From NCBI GenBank assembly GCA_017441005.1, contig JAFSAM010000044.1, forward strand, positions 31,049 through 95,048: a stretch of DNA of 64,000 bases. The letters are read 5' to 3'. The translations under genes and the position numbers were made by a program. The stretch comes from Clostridia bacterium (GTDB lineage Bacteria > Bacillota > Clostridia > Oscillospirales > CAG-272). Below are positions 16,477 through 27,093 of the stretch, piece after piece; position 1 is the stretch's first letter, and each line of letters starts with the position of its first letter. The notes beneath the pieces are model-generated. The model ran no database searches and was not told where the DNA came from. It saw only the letters and a list, made by a program, of their open reading frames with translations.

Positions 16477-16505
16477 AATGTACCACAAACCGTCCGAAAA
16501 TTCAA
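16477..16505 (-). promoter_or_regulatory. Candidate sigma-70-type promoter for the Family A array
   Basis: Minus-strand reading is TTGAAT (16505..16500), a 17-nt spacer, then TGg-TACATT (extended -10; -10 at 16482..16477). Both hexamers are imperfect and other AT-rich candidates exist upstream. Confidence 0.3.
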
Positions 16506-16646
16506 CCTTTTACATAAAAAAATAGCAAATTTTAATATTATATATTATATATTAATAATTCTTTCAAAAATAAGGTGGTTGTGAACAAAGTGTTTCCGAG
16601 GTGGGCGAAAAATAAACAAAAAAAGGGCGAAAAAAATGCACTGCTA

Positions 16647-16675
16647 TTTACAACGGCAAAAAATAGGTGTATAAT
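16647..16675 (+). promoter_or_regulatory. Candidate promoter of the udp-like gene
   Basis: TTTACA (16647..16652), 17-nt spacer, TATAAT (16670..16675). The start codon is 28 nt downstream, preceded by AAGGAGG. Confidence 0.5.
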
Positions 16676-16702
16676 CAATTCAAAGAATCCAAGGAGGTAA
16701 AT

Positions 16703-17452
16703 ATGAGTAAACAATATCATATAGCCTGCCAAGAGGGCGACGTAGGAAAAATATGCATACTTCCGGGCGATCCCGGCAGATGCGAAAAGATTGCAAGGTA
16801 TTTTGACGAGCCTGAAAAGATCGCACAAAATCGTGAATACGTGACGTATACGGGGAAGTTGTGCGGTAAAAAAGTGTCTGTTACATCGACGGGGATCGGC
16901 GGTCCGTCAGCGGCGATCGCAATGGAAGAATTGACCGCGATAGGGGCTGATACCTTTATAAGGGTCGGAACCTGCGGCGGAATCGATCTGAAGGTAAGAT
17001 CGGGGGATATAGTAATAGCGACGGGCGCTGTCAGAAACGAGGGCACCAGCCGAGAATATGCACCGATCGAATATCCCGCAACTGCCGATTTTGACATAGC
17101 GACAGCTCTTGTGAAGGGCGCAAAAAAGCTTGAATATCCGTATCATACCGGGGTAGTGCAGTGCAAGGATTCATTTTACGGTCAGCATTCACCCGAGAGA
17201 AGCCCCGTTTCCTATGAGCTTTTGAATAAGTGGGAGGCGTGGAAAAAATTAGGCGTTCTTGCAAGTGAAATGGAGTCGGCGGCTCTGTTTGTGACTGCGG
17301 CGGCTTTGGGAGTGAAGTGCGGTTCTGTGTTCAGCGTGGTCTGGAATCAGGAAAGAAAGGCAAAGGGCCTTATCGAAAGTGACTGCCACGATACGGAACG
17401 GGCGATCAAAACGGCTATAGAGGCAATAAAAATAATAATAAACGGAGACTGA
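16703..17452 (+). CDS. udp: Uridine phosphorylase (PNP/UDP family nucleoside phosphorylase)
   Basis: Track ORF is 16667..17452. ATG 16703 follows [38 protein letters not shown]...[16 protein letters not shown]...EMESAALF aligns along its whole length with my recollection of E. coli Udp ([23 protein letters not shown]). Confidence 0.85.
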   Translation: MSKQYHIACQEGDVGKICILPGDPGRCEKIARYFDEPEKIAQNREYVTYTGKLCGKKVSVTSTGIGGPSAAIAMEELTAIGADTFIRVGTCGGIDLKVRSGDIVIATGAVRNEGTSREYAPIEYPATADFDIATALVKGAKKLEYPYHTGVVQCKDSFYGQHSPERSPVSYELLNKWEAWKKLGVLASEMESAALFVTAAALGVKCGSVFSVVWNQERKAKGLIESDCHDTERAIKTAIEAIKIIINGD

Positions 17453-17456
17453 CAAA

Positions 17457-18395
17457 ATGACGGCTTTTTACGAACTTGAAATGCAATATCTGCATTTACT
17501 TGAAAAACTGAGGGATATTCCCGGATTAAACACATTTTTTGAGCTTATAACCGAGCTCGGCTTTGAGCTTATAGCTTTAGGCGCAATATGCATCATTTTC
17601 TGGTGTATCGACAAAAACTTTGGCTACAAGATGGGCTTTGTATATTTTGCATCGGGTATGCTCGTACAGGGCTTGAAAATAACCTGCCGTGTGCCAAGAC
17701 CCTGGGACAGAGAGCCCGGATTCTTGCCCGTAGGCGGAGAAGAGGGCAGAGTATTCCAAAAGGCAACCGGTTTTTCCTTCCCGAGCGGACATACACAGTC
17801 GGCGACCACCCTTTTCGGCTCACTTGCTTTCTACTTTAAAAAGACGTGGGTAAAGGTTCTTTGTGTGGTAACCTTCCTTCTCGTCGGCTTTTCGAGAAAT
17901 TACCTCGGCGTACATTATTCGAGCGACGTTATCGTATCGATGCTCCTTTCGTTGGCTTGTATACTTATTTTCGGCAAGGTTTTTGAAAAGATCGCAAACA
18001 ACAAAAAATACGATCTGCTCGTAGCGATAATTCTTGCCGCGATCTCTTTGTCCGTTATGGTGTATGCACTTATTCTCGAGGGCAACGGTACTATTACCGA
18101 TCCCAAGTACGCGCTTGACTGCTGTAAAACGGGCGGCGCGGGACTCGGCTTTGCGATCGGCTGGTACGTCGAAAGAAAATGGGTCGATTTCAGTGTAAAG
18201 ACAGATAAGGTATGGCATCAGGTTGCAAAGGTCGCGATCGGAATCGGACTTGCTCTTTTGCTTAAAGAAATCCCCAAGATCATATTCGGTGATACCGCAA
18301 TTGTCGGAATGATCAGATATATGTTCGTTACATTTTGGATCGTAGGCGCATTCCCCTATATAGTGAAAAAATACGGCAAATTGATCCTGAAATAA
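17457..18395 (+). CDS. PAP2-family membrane phosphatase
   Basis: 312 aa and polytopic. It has the three PAP2 motifs: KITCRVPRP, FPSGHTQ and SRNYLGVHYSSDV. Confidence 0.85.
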   Translation: MTAFYELEMQYLHLLEKLRDIPGLNTFFELITELGFELIALGAICIIFWCIDKNFGYKMGFVYFASGMLVQGLKITCRVPRPWDREPGFLPVGGEEGRVFQKATGFSFPSGHTQSATTLFGSLAFYFKKTWVKVLCVVTFLLVGFSRNYLGVHYSSDVIVSMLLSLACILIFGKVFEKIANNKKYDLLVAIILAAISLSVMVYALILEGNGTITDPKYALDCCKTGGAGLGFAIGWYVERKWVDFSVKTDKVWHQVAKVAIGIGLALLLKEIPKIIFGDTAIVGMIRYMFVTFWIVGAFPYIVKKYGKLILK

Positions 18396-18448
18396 TAAAA
18401 GATGCTCCCCGAAAAAAGGGGAGCAAATTTGTAGTGGAGAAAATACGC

Positions 18449-19471
18449 ATGAAAGAATACAACGGTTTACATACCGAAGAGGTGTCGGCGGCACATCCTT
18501 ACAGACACAATTATCTTGATTCTGTAAACAACCTCGCTATACTTACTTCCGAGGTAAAGCAAGGGGAGAGGGATGCATATATTACACCCGAAAAGCTCCG
18601 TTTGAACAGAGAAAAATACGTTGCCGATTTCAAAAGCATCATAGGCGAGCCGCTTTTTGACCGCAAGAAGCAAAATGAGGTTCAGAAAATGTTTGTCGGC
18701 ATCGATGCTCAAGGGTATATTTACAGACTGGTCTTCAATTTTGAGAAGGGAATAAAGTTTTGCGGACTCCTATTCGTTCCTTTTGATGCAAAGAAAAAGC
18801 TGCCGCTTGTAACGGCAATACACGGCGGCGACGGAACTCCCGAGCTTATGTCCGATATGTACGGAAAAAACTATTACGGGCACATAACCAGAAGATTGCT
18901 TGACCGAAACGTGATCGTTTTTGCTCCCCAGCTTCTTATATGGGACGGCAGATCATACGGAGACGTATTCGACCGTTTTGAGATAGACTCACGATATAAG
19001 GCATTGGGGGGCAGTCTGACTGCTTTTGAGGTAGAATGCATAAGAGGGGCTTTGGATAAGCTTGCCGAAAACGAGCTTGTTGACAGCGACAAAATGGGAA
19101 TACTGGGACTGTCATACGGCGGATATTATTCGCTTGTAACTGCGGCTCTCGACGACAGAATAAAGGCTGTTTATTCCTCTTGCGTATTTAACGACAGAAT
19201 AAAATATTCTCGCCCCGATTTTGTCTATAAGGGTATGGCTGATAAATTTCTCGATGCGGAGATGGCGGCTCTTATAAGTCCCAGACCTCTTTACCTTGAG
19301 GCGGGGAAGAATGACGGAATATTTAAGCCCGCCGGAGCATTGACTGAAATCGAGCGGTTAAAACAGTACTATTCCGATGCTTCCGAAAACCTTGTATTCA
19401 AGATAACGGACAGCGGACACAAATACGATGAATCGGATGACGGAATTGATTTTTTAATAAAAAGATTATAG
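18449..19471 (+). CDS. Alpha/beta hydrolase (esterase or dienelactone-hydrolase-like)
   Basis: Track ORF is 18335..19471, which overlaps the PAP2 gene. ATG 18449 follows GGAGA. The nucleophile elbow is GLSYGGYYS (GxSxG). A late DSGH could supply the catalytic His. Confidence 0.7.
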   Translation: MKEYNGLHTEEVSAAHPYRHNYLDSVNNLAILTSEVKQGERDAYITPEKLRLNREKYVADFKSIIGEPLFDRKKQNEVQKMFVGIDAQGYIYRLVFNFEKGIKFCGLLFVPFDAKKKLPLVTAIHGGDGTPELMSDMYGKNYYGHITRRLLDRNVIVFAPQLLIWDGRSYGDVFDRFEIDSRYKALGGSLTAFEVECIRGALDKLAENELVDSDKMGILGLSYGGYYSLVTAALDDRIKAVYSSCVFNDRIKYSRPDFVYKGMADKFLDAEMAALISPRPLYLEAGKNDGIFKPAGALTEIERLKQYYSDASENLVFKITDSGHKYDESDDGIDFLIKRL

Positions 19472-19477
19472 AAAATA

Positions 19478-19509
19478 CGGTGTGTGGATCGACCGCACAC
19501 CGTATTTTT
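19478..19509 (+). terminator. Rho-independent terminator of the hydrolase gene
   Basis: CGGTGTGTGG-ATCGA-CCGCACACCG (10 bp, one G-T pair) followed by TATTTTT. Confidence 0.75.
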
Positions 19510-19511
19510 GC

Positions 19512-19556
19512 AAAAAAAGAGGTATACGTTTTTTCGTATACCTCGTGTTTTTTGGG
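19512..19556 (-). terminator. Rho-independent terminator of groEL (flanking A and T runs make it potentially bidirectional)
   Basis: GAGGTATACG-TTTTTT-CGTATACCTC, a perfect 10-bp stem, flanked by A7 on one side and T6 on the other. Confidence 0.8.
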
Positions 19557-19566
19557 GAGCCGATTA

Positions 19567-21219
<1,653 letters not shown>

Positions 21220-21239
21220 TTAGGTTAAAAACCGTAAAT

Positions 21240-21575
<336 letters not shown>

Positions 21576-21602
21576 TTAGCACTCGAGGTGTTCGTTTGCT
21601 AA
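21576..21602. promoter_or_regulatory. CIRCE element (HrcA operator) in the groES leader
   Basis: TTAGCACTC-GAGGTGTTC-GTTTGCTAA against the consensus TTAGCACTC-N9-GAGTGCTAA. One arm is perfect and the other has 2 mismatches. Confidence 0.85.
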
Positions 21603-21613
21603 ATCTGTGATTA

Positions 21614-21642
21614 ATTGTATATAATTTCCATAGAAAAATCAA
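21614..21642 (-). promoter_or_regulatory. groESL promoter
   Basis: Minus-strand reading is TTGATT (21642..21637), 17 nt, TACAAT (21619..21614), about 11 nt upstream of CIRCE. Confidence 0.6.
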
Positions 21643-21741
21643 GCATAATCGTAATTATTAACACTTAATTAACATTTTGCTTTTTTCAGCATAAACAAGC
21701 CTCCGACGGAATAATTATCGACATAGAAAGCGAGGGAAATA

Positions 21742-23100
21742 ATGCAACGTTTTTTCGACTTTTTTAATAAATATCTGTTCGGTCCGTCATTGCCTTTTGT
21801 GATAATCGTGCTCGGCGGATTTCTCTTTATAAAGTACGGCGGTTTTATTATATTCAGACCGAGGCAGGTTATTTCCGTTTTGACAAGAAAAAACACAGAA
21901 GAGGGAATATCGCCGTTTAAAACCGCTATGCTTGCTTTGGCAAGTACGCTTGGCGTTGGCAACATAGTCGGCGTTTCGACTGCCATTTTTTCGGGTGGCC
22001 CCGGCGCTGTATTTTGGATGACGGTAAGTGCATTTGCCGCAATGCCTCTGAAATACGGGGAGGTCGTTCTTGCTATGAAATACAGACGTAAGGAGGGCGG
22101 CGAATACAGGGGCGGTGCTATGTACTATATAAACGATTGCCTGAAAAAAAGAGAGTTGTCTGTATTATTCGCATTTTTGTGTATAGTTAATTCATTCACA
22201 GTCGGGAATATAGTACAAATAAAAGCTTTTACCGAGTCTTTTACAGGAGTATTCGGAGGAAGAGCCTTTTATATCGGCATGATCGCTGCTGCGGTTATCC
22301 TGTTTTCGGTAAGTCGGGGAACTGAGAGAATAACAAGCATAACATCAAAGATAATACCTTCAGCTACTCTGGCTTATATCGGAATATCGGTGTATATTAT
22401 TTGTGTGAATCATACACAAATAATACCGGTTATAAGGCTAATTTTTAAAGAGGCATTCAGTATAAGAGCTGCCGTCGGAGGGGTCGGCGGATATACACTT
22501 ATGAAGGCAATGCGCTTCGGGGCTGCGAGGGGAATAATGTCAAACGAGGCGGGGAGCGGCACGTCTCCCACAGCTCACGCGAAATCTAACTTAAAAAGCC
22601 CTGTAGAGCAGGGATTTTGGGGGATATTCGAGGTGTTCGCAGATACCGTATTGATGTGTAATCTTACGGCTTTTGTGATACTTTTATCTTTTGATGAATA
22701 TGTGCTCAAAAGCGGACTTGACGGCATGGAGCTGGTTCTTGCATCGTACGGAAAATATATAGGTGGAAAAACCGACGTTGTAATAGCTGTTGCCGTCATG
22801 CTTTTTGCTTATTCTACCGTAATATGTCAGTGCTTTTACGGAATGGAATCCGTCTATTATCTGACGAAGAAAAGGGCGGCATTGACGTTATATAAGCTGA
22901 TGTTTTGCTCTTTTGTAATATACGGTGCCGTAGGCAGAAGTGAAATGATATGGAGCTTGACCGATTTCAATATTTCTTTGATGACAGTCATAAATACGGT
23001 GTGTATTTTTATGCTTTCGGGCATCATAAAAAAAGAGACGGACAGTTATTTTTTAAAACGGCCAAATGCCGAAAAGAAAACAAAAAACTCTCCCGCATAG
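21742..23100 (+). CDS. Sodium:alanine (amino acid) symporter, AGCS family
   Basis: 452 aa and polytopic. The N-terminal FFNKYLFGPSLPFVIIVLGGFLFIKYGGF and GPGAVFWMTVSAFAAMPLKYGEVVLAMKYR...GGAMYYI are typical of alanine/glycine:cation symporters. Confidence 0.8.
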   Translation: MQRFFDFFNKYLFGPSLPFVIIVLGGFLFIKYGGFIIFRPRQVISVLTRKNTEEGISPFKTAMLALASTLGVGNIVGVSTAIFSGGPGAVFWMTVSAFAAMPLKYGEVVLAMKYRRKEGGEYRGGAMYYINDCLKKRELSVLFAFLCIVNSFTVGNIVQIKAFTESFTGVFGGRAFYIGMIAAAVILFSVSRGTERITSITSKIIPSATLAYIGISVYIICVNHTQIIPVIRLIFKEAFSIRAAVGGVGGYTLMKAMRFGAARGIMSNEAGSGTSPTAHAKSNLKSPVEQGFWGIFEVFADTVLMCNLTAFVILLSFDEYVLKSGLDGMELVLASYGKYIGGKTDVVIAVAVMLFAYSTVICQCFYGMESVYYLTKKRAALTLYKLMFCSFVIYGAVGRSEMIWSLTDFNISLMTVINTVCIFMLSGIIKKETDSYFLKRPNAEKKTKNSPA

Positions 23101-23116
23101 CACATACGCGGGAGAG
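23070..23116 (-). terminator. Terminator of hom, overlapping the 3' end of the convergent symporter gene
   Basis: CTCTCCCGC / GCGGGAGAG, 9-bp stem (23088..23116). In the minus sense it is followed by a T-rich run (plus strand AAAACAAAAAA, 23076..23087). Confidence 0.6.
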
Positions 23117-23131
23117 TAAAAAGCTTGGTGA

Positions 23132-24331
23132 TCAAAGAACCTCAAACCAAGAAACAACGTCGAGCTTTGATGCCATTTCGTCAAAGACCTTCTTCTTTAA
23201 GGGTTGAGTGATAAAGGACAATTCACCGTCTCTGAGGGTGATTGAAGAAATGTCGCTAAATACCTTCTTTACGTTTTCTTCATTAAGCGCATTCTTTACG
23301 CAGACGTAGTATCTGGAGACGTTTTCTTCTGCGGGGGCAAGATCGTCATCAGTTGCTTTTTCCCAGATCTGGTTTTTGAGCTCGGGTCTGCCCGCAATGT
23401 CGACGATGTCGGCAACTACCGCACTTGCCGTAGGCATCTTGCCCGCACCTCTGCCGATAAACAGAACATCGTCTACCGCGTTGCCGTTGATGAGCACGCC
23501 GTTGAATACGTCGTCGACCTTTGCAAGAAGATTATCGTAGGGGACGAGCCTGGGAGAAACGGAAACAGCCATCTTGCCGTCTACGTCTTTTGCCTGACCG
23601 ATAAGCTTTATAGCGTATCCGGAATCAGCTGCATTTTTTACATCTTCGAGTCTTATGTTTGAAATACCGGTTGTGGATACCTTTGCAGGATCTATAAGCT
23701 TGCCGTAAGCGATTGCCGCAAGGATACATATCTTTCTGCAGGCATCGATGCCGTCGACGTCTGCGGAGGGATTTGCTTCTGCGTAACCCTTCTGCTGCGC
23801 TTCCTTCAATGCAACCTCAAATGTTTTTCCGAAGTCGATCATCTGTGTGAGGATATAGTTGGTAGTACCGTTGAGAATGCCGTTGATGGAGTTGATCTTA
23901 TTTGCGGCAAGGCAGGTGCCGAGAGGACGGAGAACGGGAATACCGCCGCCGACACTGGCTTCAAAAAGATATCTCGCGCCGTTTTCTTCCGCTGTTTTAA
24001 GGAGCATATCGCCCACTTCCGCAACAACGTGTTTGTTGGAAGTTACGACAGACTTGCCCTTTTTGAGAGCGGCTTCGGAAAAATCAGCCGCGGGATGAAG
24101 TCCGCCCATTGCTTCAGCAACAATGCTGACCTCGTCATCATTGAGAATAATATTGAAATCGTGAACGATTTTATCAGCAAAAGGACTGTCGGGGAATTCG
24201 CGAAGATCAAGAATGTATTTAATATTGATCTTGTCGCCGATCTTTTTTTCGATGGATTCCTGGTTTTGTGTGATCACGTCAGCAATTCCGCTTCCTACAA
24301 CGCCAAAACCCAAAATAGCAATGTTCGTCAT
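23132..24331 (-). CDS. hom: Homoserine dehydrogenase
   Basis: 399 aa. MTNIAILGFGVVGSGIADVI (Rossmann), central NGTTNYILTQM and a C-terminal ACT-like region. Typical Hom layout. Confidence 0.88.
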   Translation of the reverse strand: MTNIAILGFGVVGSGIADVITQNQESIEKKIGDKINIKYILDLREFPDSPFADKIVHDFNIILNDDEVSIVAEAMGGLHPAADFSEAALKKGKSVVTSNKHVVAEVGDMLLKTAEENGARYLFEASVGGGIPVLRPLGTCLAANKINSINGILNGTTNYILTQMIDFGKTFEVALKEAQQKGYAEANPSADVDGIDACRKICILAAIAYGKLIDPAKVSTTGISNIRLEDVKNAADSGYAIKLIGQAKDVDGKMAVSVSPRLVPYDNLLAKVDDVFNGVLINGNAVDDVLFIGRGAGKMPTASAVVADIVDIAGRPELKNQIWEKATDDDLAPAEENVSRYYVCVKNALNEENVKKVFSDISSITLRDGELSFITQPLKKKVFDEMASKLDVVSWFEVL

Positions 24332-24364
24332 GTTGCACCTCTGTATTATTAGACTAATTGATTG

Positions 24365-25363
24365 TCAATCATTGATGTAATATATTTGTACCGTTACAGC
24401 ACGTCCGCTTTGGGTCGCACTGAAAATGCGGTATGATCTTGAAAGCACAGATGATTCGTGTTCACCGTTCACTCTGTCGATCGCTTTTAGAATTACTCCC
24501 TCCGGAATCTTGTTATTGTCCGTGTAGGACAAATATAATTCAAAATAAGTCTTTTTTTCAGAAACGGCATTCTTGATCTGAAAGTATGCCGTATCCTCGA
24601 GAAGATCCGCTGAAGATACGTTTGCGTTGATCTGAAAATAGTAGTTATTGTCGCTGTCGCAAACGGGGAGTGAAAAGTCGGTATAGAATCTGTGTGTTTT
24701 TGAGATCTCCTTGTCGGAGAGATTGAAAAAACCGTGGAAATTCAGGTCGGACAGAAAGTCGACGTCGGAATCGTTCCAGGTACAGTCAATGTGAAAATAT
24801 TTATCTCCTTGCTTAACGACGTTCCAAAGGTGGGGCTGAACGTCTGTTGCCCCCTCTGCGATGATACATTCGATTCCGCATCTGTTAAGCAGGATTTTGT
24901 ATGCCGCGGCATAGCCGTCACAGAAAGCGTATTTTTCAACCAATGCACCGTAGGCGGTGTGGGAGGTTTTGTTTGGATTGTTCTCCGTATCCTTTTTTCC
25001 CGCATAGGTACAGTAAGACGTCAGAAAATCGTGAAGAATAACAGCTTTTTCGAAATCGGTTTCAGCATTTTTGATGTATGCCATAGCTGCCGCACTGACC
25101 GCCTCGATCTCCATTCGCATCTCTGTGAAGTTTGATGCCGTATCGTTGTAATTCATAGTTACCGAGGTCTTGTATCCGTCACAGAAGAGCTGAAAAGAAT
25201 TCTGATTTAAATAGAATAGCATCGGACAGTCAAATGTGACAGCCTTCGCGACTCTCTGAAATTCTTTTTCAGTATACTTATATGGGACTATTTCGCTTTC
25301 GCTCTCAAAGTTTTCGGCGGCTGATTTTATGCTTTTGAAAAGCAATTGTTCTTTATATGTCAA
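24365..25363 (-). CDS. Transglutaminase-like (papain-fold) domain protein. The true N-terminus probably lies upstream (see findings).
   Basis: 332-aa ORF from TTG 25363. Cys motif FCDGYAAAYKILLNRCG, His motif QPHLWNVVKQGDKYFHIDCTWND (transglutaminase-core C/H/D pattern). The same frame stays open to 25546 and encodes a TM helix there (YLLPILIYVLVFFVVCFAAIFISI) with no canonical start. Confidence 0.75.
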   Translation of the reverse strand: MTYKEQLLFKSIKSAAENFESESEIVPYKYTEKEFQRVAKAVTFDCPMLFYLNQNSFQLFCDGYKTSVTMNYNDTASNFTEMRMEIEAVSAAAMAYIKNAETDFEKAVILHDFLTSYCTYAGKKDTENNPNKTSHTAYGALVEKYAFCDGYAAAYKILLNRCGIECIIAEGATDVQPHLWNVVKQGDKYFHIDCTWNDSDVDFLSDLNFHGFFNLSDKEISKTHRFYTDFSLPVCDSDNNYYFQINANVSSADLLEDTAYFQIKNAVSEKKTYFELYLSYTDNNKIPEGVILKAIDRVNGEHESSVLSRSYRIFSATQSGRAVTVQIYYIND

Positions 25364-25661
25364 CTGGTTGTAATAGTAGTAATCTTCCAGATATTCCGGC
25401 GGAGTATTCTCGATTTTTTTGTCGTTTGCAGCATAACGGATCTTGATAGATATAAAAATGGCGGCGAAGCAGACGACAAAAAATACTAATACGTAAATAA
25501 GGATAGGGAGAAGGTAATTTTTTTTCTTTTCGGTTTTGATTTTCTCTCACCTTCTTCCGGATATAGACTCTACAATTATACCATAAATAATTTTTAATTT
25601 CAATAGAATCGGAAAAGTTTATTCAAATAAAAAAACATAGACAAAAAAAGCAAAAAAACAC

Positions 25662-25690
25662 TTGTAAAATCGAAAGGATTAATGTATAAT
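25662..25690 (+). promoter_or_regulatory. Candidate promoter of the 25751 oxidoreductase gene
   Basis: TTGTAA (25662..25667), 17 nt, TATAAT (25685..25690). GGAGGAA is the SD before ATG 25751. Confidence 0.55.
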
Positions 25691-25750
25691 AAATCCGTAT
25701 GGCAATAGCAAATAAAAATATTTATTATAAAACTCGGAGGAATCACAATT

Positions 25751-26797
25751 ATGAAAAAGATCAAATGGGGCGTAATCGGCGCCGGCGGTATTGCAGACCG
25801 CCGTACCATTCCCGGCATGATGCTTGCAGAAAATGCAGAGCTTGTTGCTGTAATGGAAATCAATATGGAGCTTGCTGAAAAGATCAGAGCAAAGTATGGC
25901 TGTAAGTATGCTTACGATAATTATCAGGAGCTTATCGACAATCCCGAGGTAGAGGCAGTTTACATTGCATCTCCCGTGTTTGCACACGTTGAGCCCGCAT
26001 TGGCAGTAGCTAAGGCAAAGAAGCATCTTCTTTGCGAAAAGCCCATCGCATTTACAGTTGAAGAGACAAAGAATATCATCAATGCTTGCAAGGAAGCAGG
26101 CGTTAAGTATGCAACCGGTTATATGATGAGATTCGGTGCATATCATATGGCGATCAAGAAGCTTATCGCAGAGGGCGGCATCGGTGATGTTGTTTCTGCA
26201 AGAGCACAGCTTTCCGGTTGGTTCCCGGAATCCGCTAAGAACTGGCGTCAGGAAAAGAAGCTTTCGGGCGGCGGCGCATTGGTCGATATGGCTGTTCACT
26301 GCATTGATATCATCGAGTATCTTACAGGTGCTACCACAACAGAGGTTGGCGCGTTTGTTGATACAAGAACGTTTACATACAACGTAGACGATTCCGCAAA
26401 CGTTCTTCTCCATCTCTCCAACGGTGCTGCTGCTTACGTTGACGCGCACTTCAACGTTCCCGATGAAGCAGTAAAGAACCGTGTTGAGATCTATGGTACA
26501 AAGGGTTCTGTAATTTGTGAAAAGACAATCGGTCAGATCGACGAAGGCCACGTTGAGGTTTATACCTCCGAGGACAAGGGCTACGATGCACAGCAGAACA
26601 GAGAAGATAGCGAAGCTAAGACTCTCGATGTTGAATTCGGCAATATGTATACAAGAGAGATCGAGTCCTTCTCCGACTCCATTCTCAACGATACTCCCGT
26701 TGCAATTCCTATGGAAGTAGGTCTCCACATCCAGCAGGTAACAGATGCTGCATACAGATCTGCAGAAAACAAGACCATCGAAATGGTTCTTGACTAA
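25751..26797 (+). CDS. Gfo/Idh/MocA-family NAD(P)-dependent oxidoreductase
   Basis: 348 aa. MKKIKWGVIGAGGIADRRTIPG (GxGxxG), the EKP motif (LLCEKPIA) and a C-terminal alpha/beta dimerisation domain. Confidence 0.88.
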   Translation: MKKIKWGVIGAGGIADRRTIPGMMLAENAELVAVMEINMELAEKIRAKYGCKYAYDNYQELIDNPEVEAVYIASPVFAHVEPALAVAKAKKHLLCEKPIAFTVEETKNIINACKEAGVKYATGYMMRFGAYHMAIKKLIAEGGIGDVVSARAQLSGWFPESAKNWRQEKKLSGGGALVDMAVHCIDIIEYLTGATTTEVGAFVDTRTFTYNVDDSANVLLHLSNGAAAYVDAHFNVPDEAVKNRVEIYGTKGSVICEKTIGQIDEGHVEVYTSEDKGYDAQQNREDSEAKTLDVEFGNMYTREIESFSDSILNDTPVAIPMEVGLHIQQVTDAAYRSAENKTIEMVLD

Positions 26798-26812
26798 TCC
26801 CCGATATAAACA

Positions 26813-26847
26813 GATTCCCCTCGGCTGAAAACCGAGGGGATCTTTTT
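26813..26847 (+). terminator. Rho-independent terminator
   Basis: CCCCTCGG-CTGAAAA-CCGAGGGG followed by ATCTTTTT. Confidence 0.8.
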
Positions 26848-26981
26848 ATACAATAAATAATGAATTTGCAGAAATGAAATGACCTTCTCCGGTGGGAGAA
26901 GGTGGCTCGCCGTCTATGTTTTAAAAGAATATGCTGTTATAATACGGCGAGTCGGATGAGGTCGTCATATGTTGCTGTCTA

Positions 26982-27010
26982 TTGACAAATAATCTTGCGT
27001 ATGATAGAAT
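26982..27010 (+). promoter_or_regulatory. Promoter of the 27094 gene
   Basis: TTGACA (26982..26987), 17 nt, TAGAAT (27005..27010). Confidence 0.6.
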
Positions 27011-27093
27011 TATTGTGTGAAAAGGGGACGGCACCCATAAGAAAAAACAGAGTTCACTTCATTGAATGATCAAAAGCAAAGGGGGAGACACCC

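Noticed and set aside
16506-16646. TA-rich simple-sequence tract (ATATTATATATTATATATTAATAATT) and ORF 16538..16828 between the array and udp
   Set aside because: It is a short, irregular AT tract typical of divergent promoter regions in low-GC genomes. It is not a defined tandem repeat, and the ORF has no SD and overlaps the udp start.
17820-18494. 224-aa minus-strand ORF
   Set aside because: It is antisense to the PAP2 phosphatase gene, which carries all three PAP2 motifs. It has no SD and no motifs.
21603-24364. Looked for T-box, riboswitch or leader-peptide elements upstream of the amino-acid-related genes (symporter, hom, asnB)
   Set aside because: The upstream spaces are too short: 33 nt before hom and 26 nt before asnB. 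The 140-nt region before the symporter is occupied by the divergent groES promoter and CIRCE and shows no conserved riboswitch-like stems that I can recognise.
25679-26728. 349-aa minus-strand ORF overlapping the 25751 oxidoreductase gene
   Set aside because: It is antisense to a clear Gfo/Idh/MocA gene that has GxGxxG and EKP motifs. The translation is Cys/Leu/Ile-rich with no motifs and no SD.
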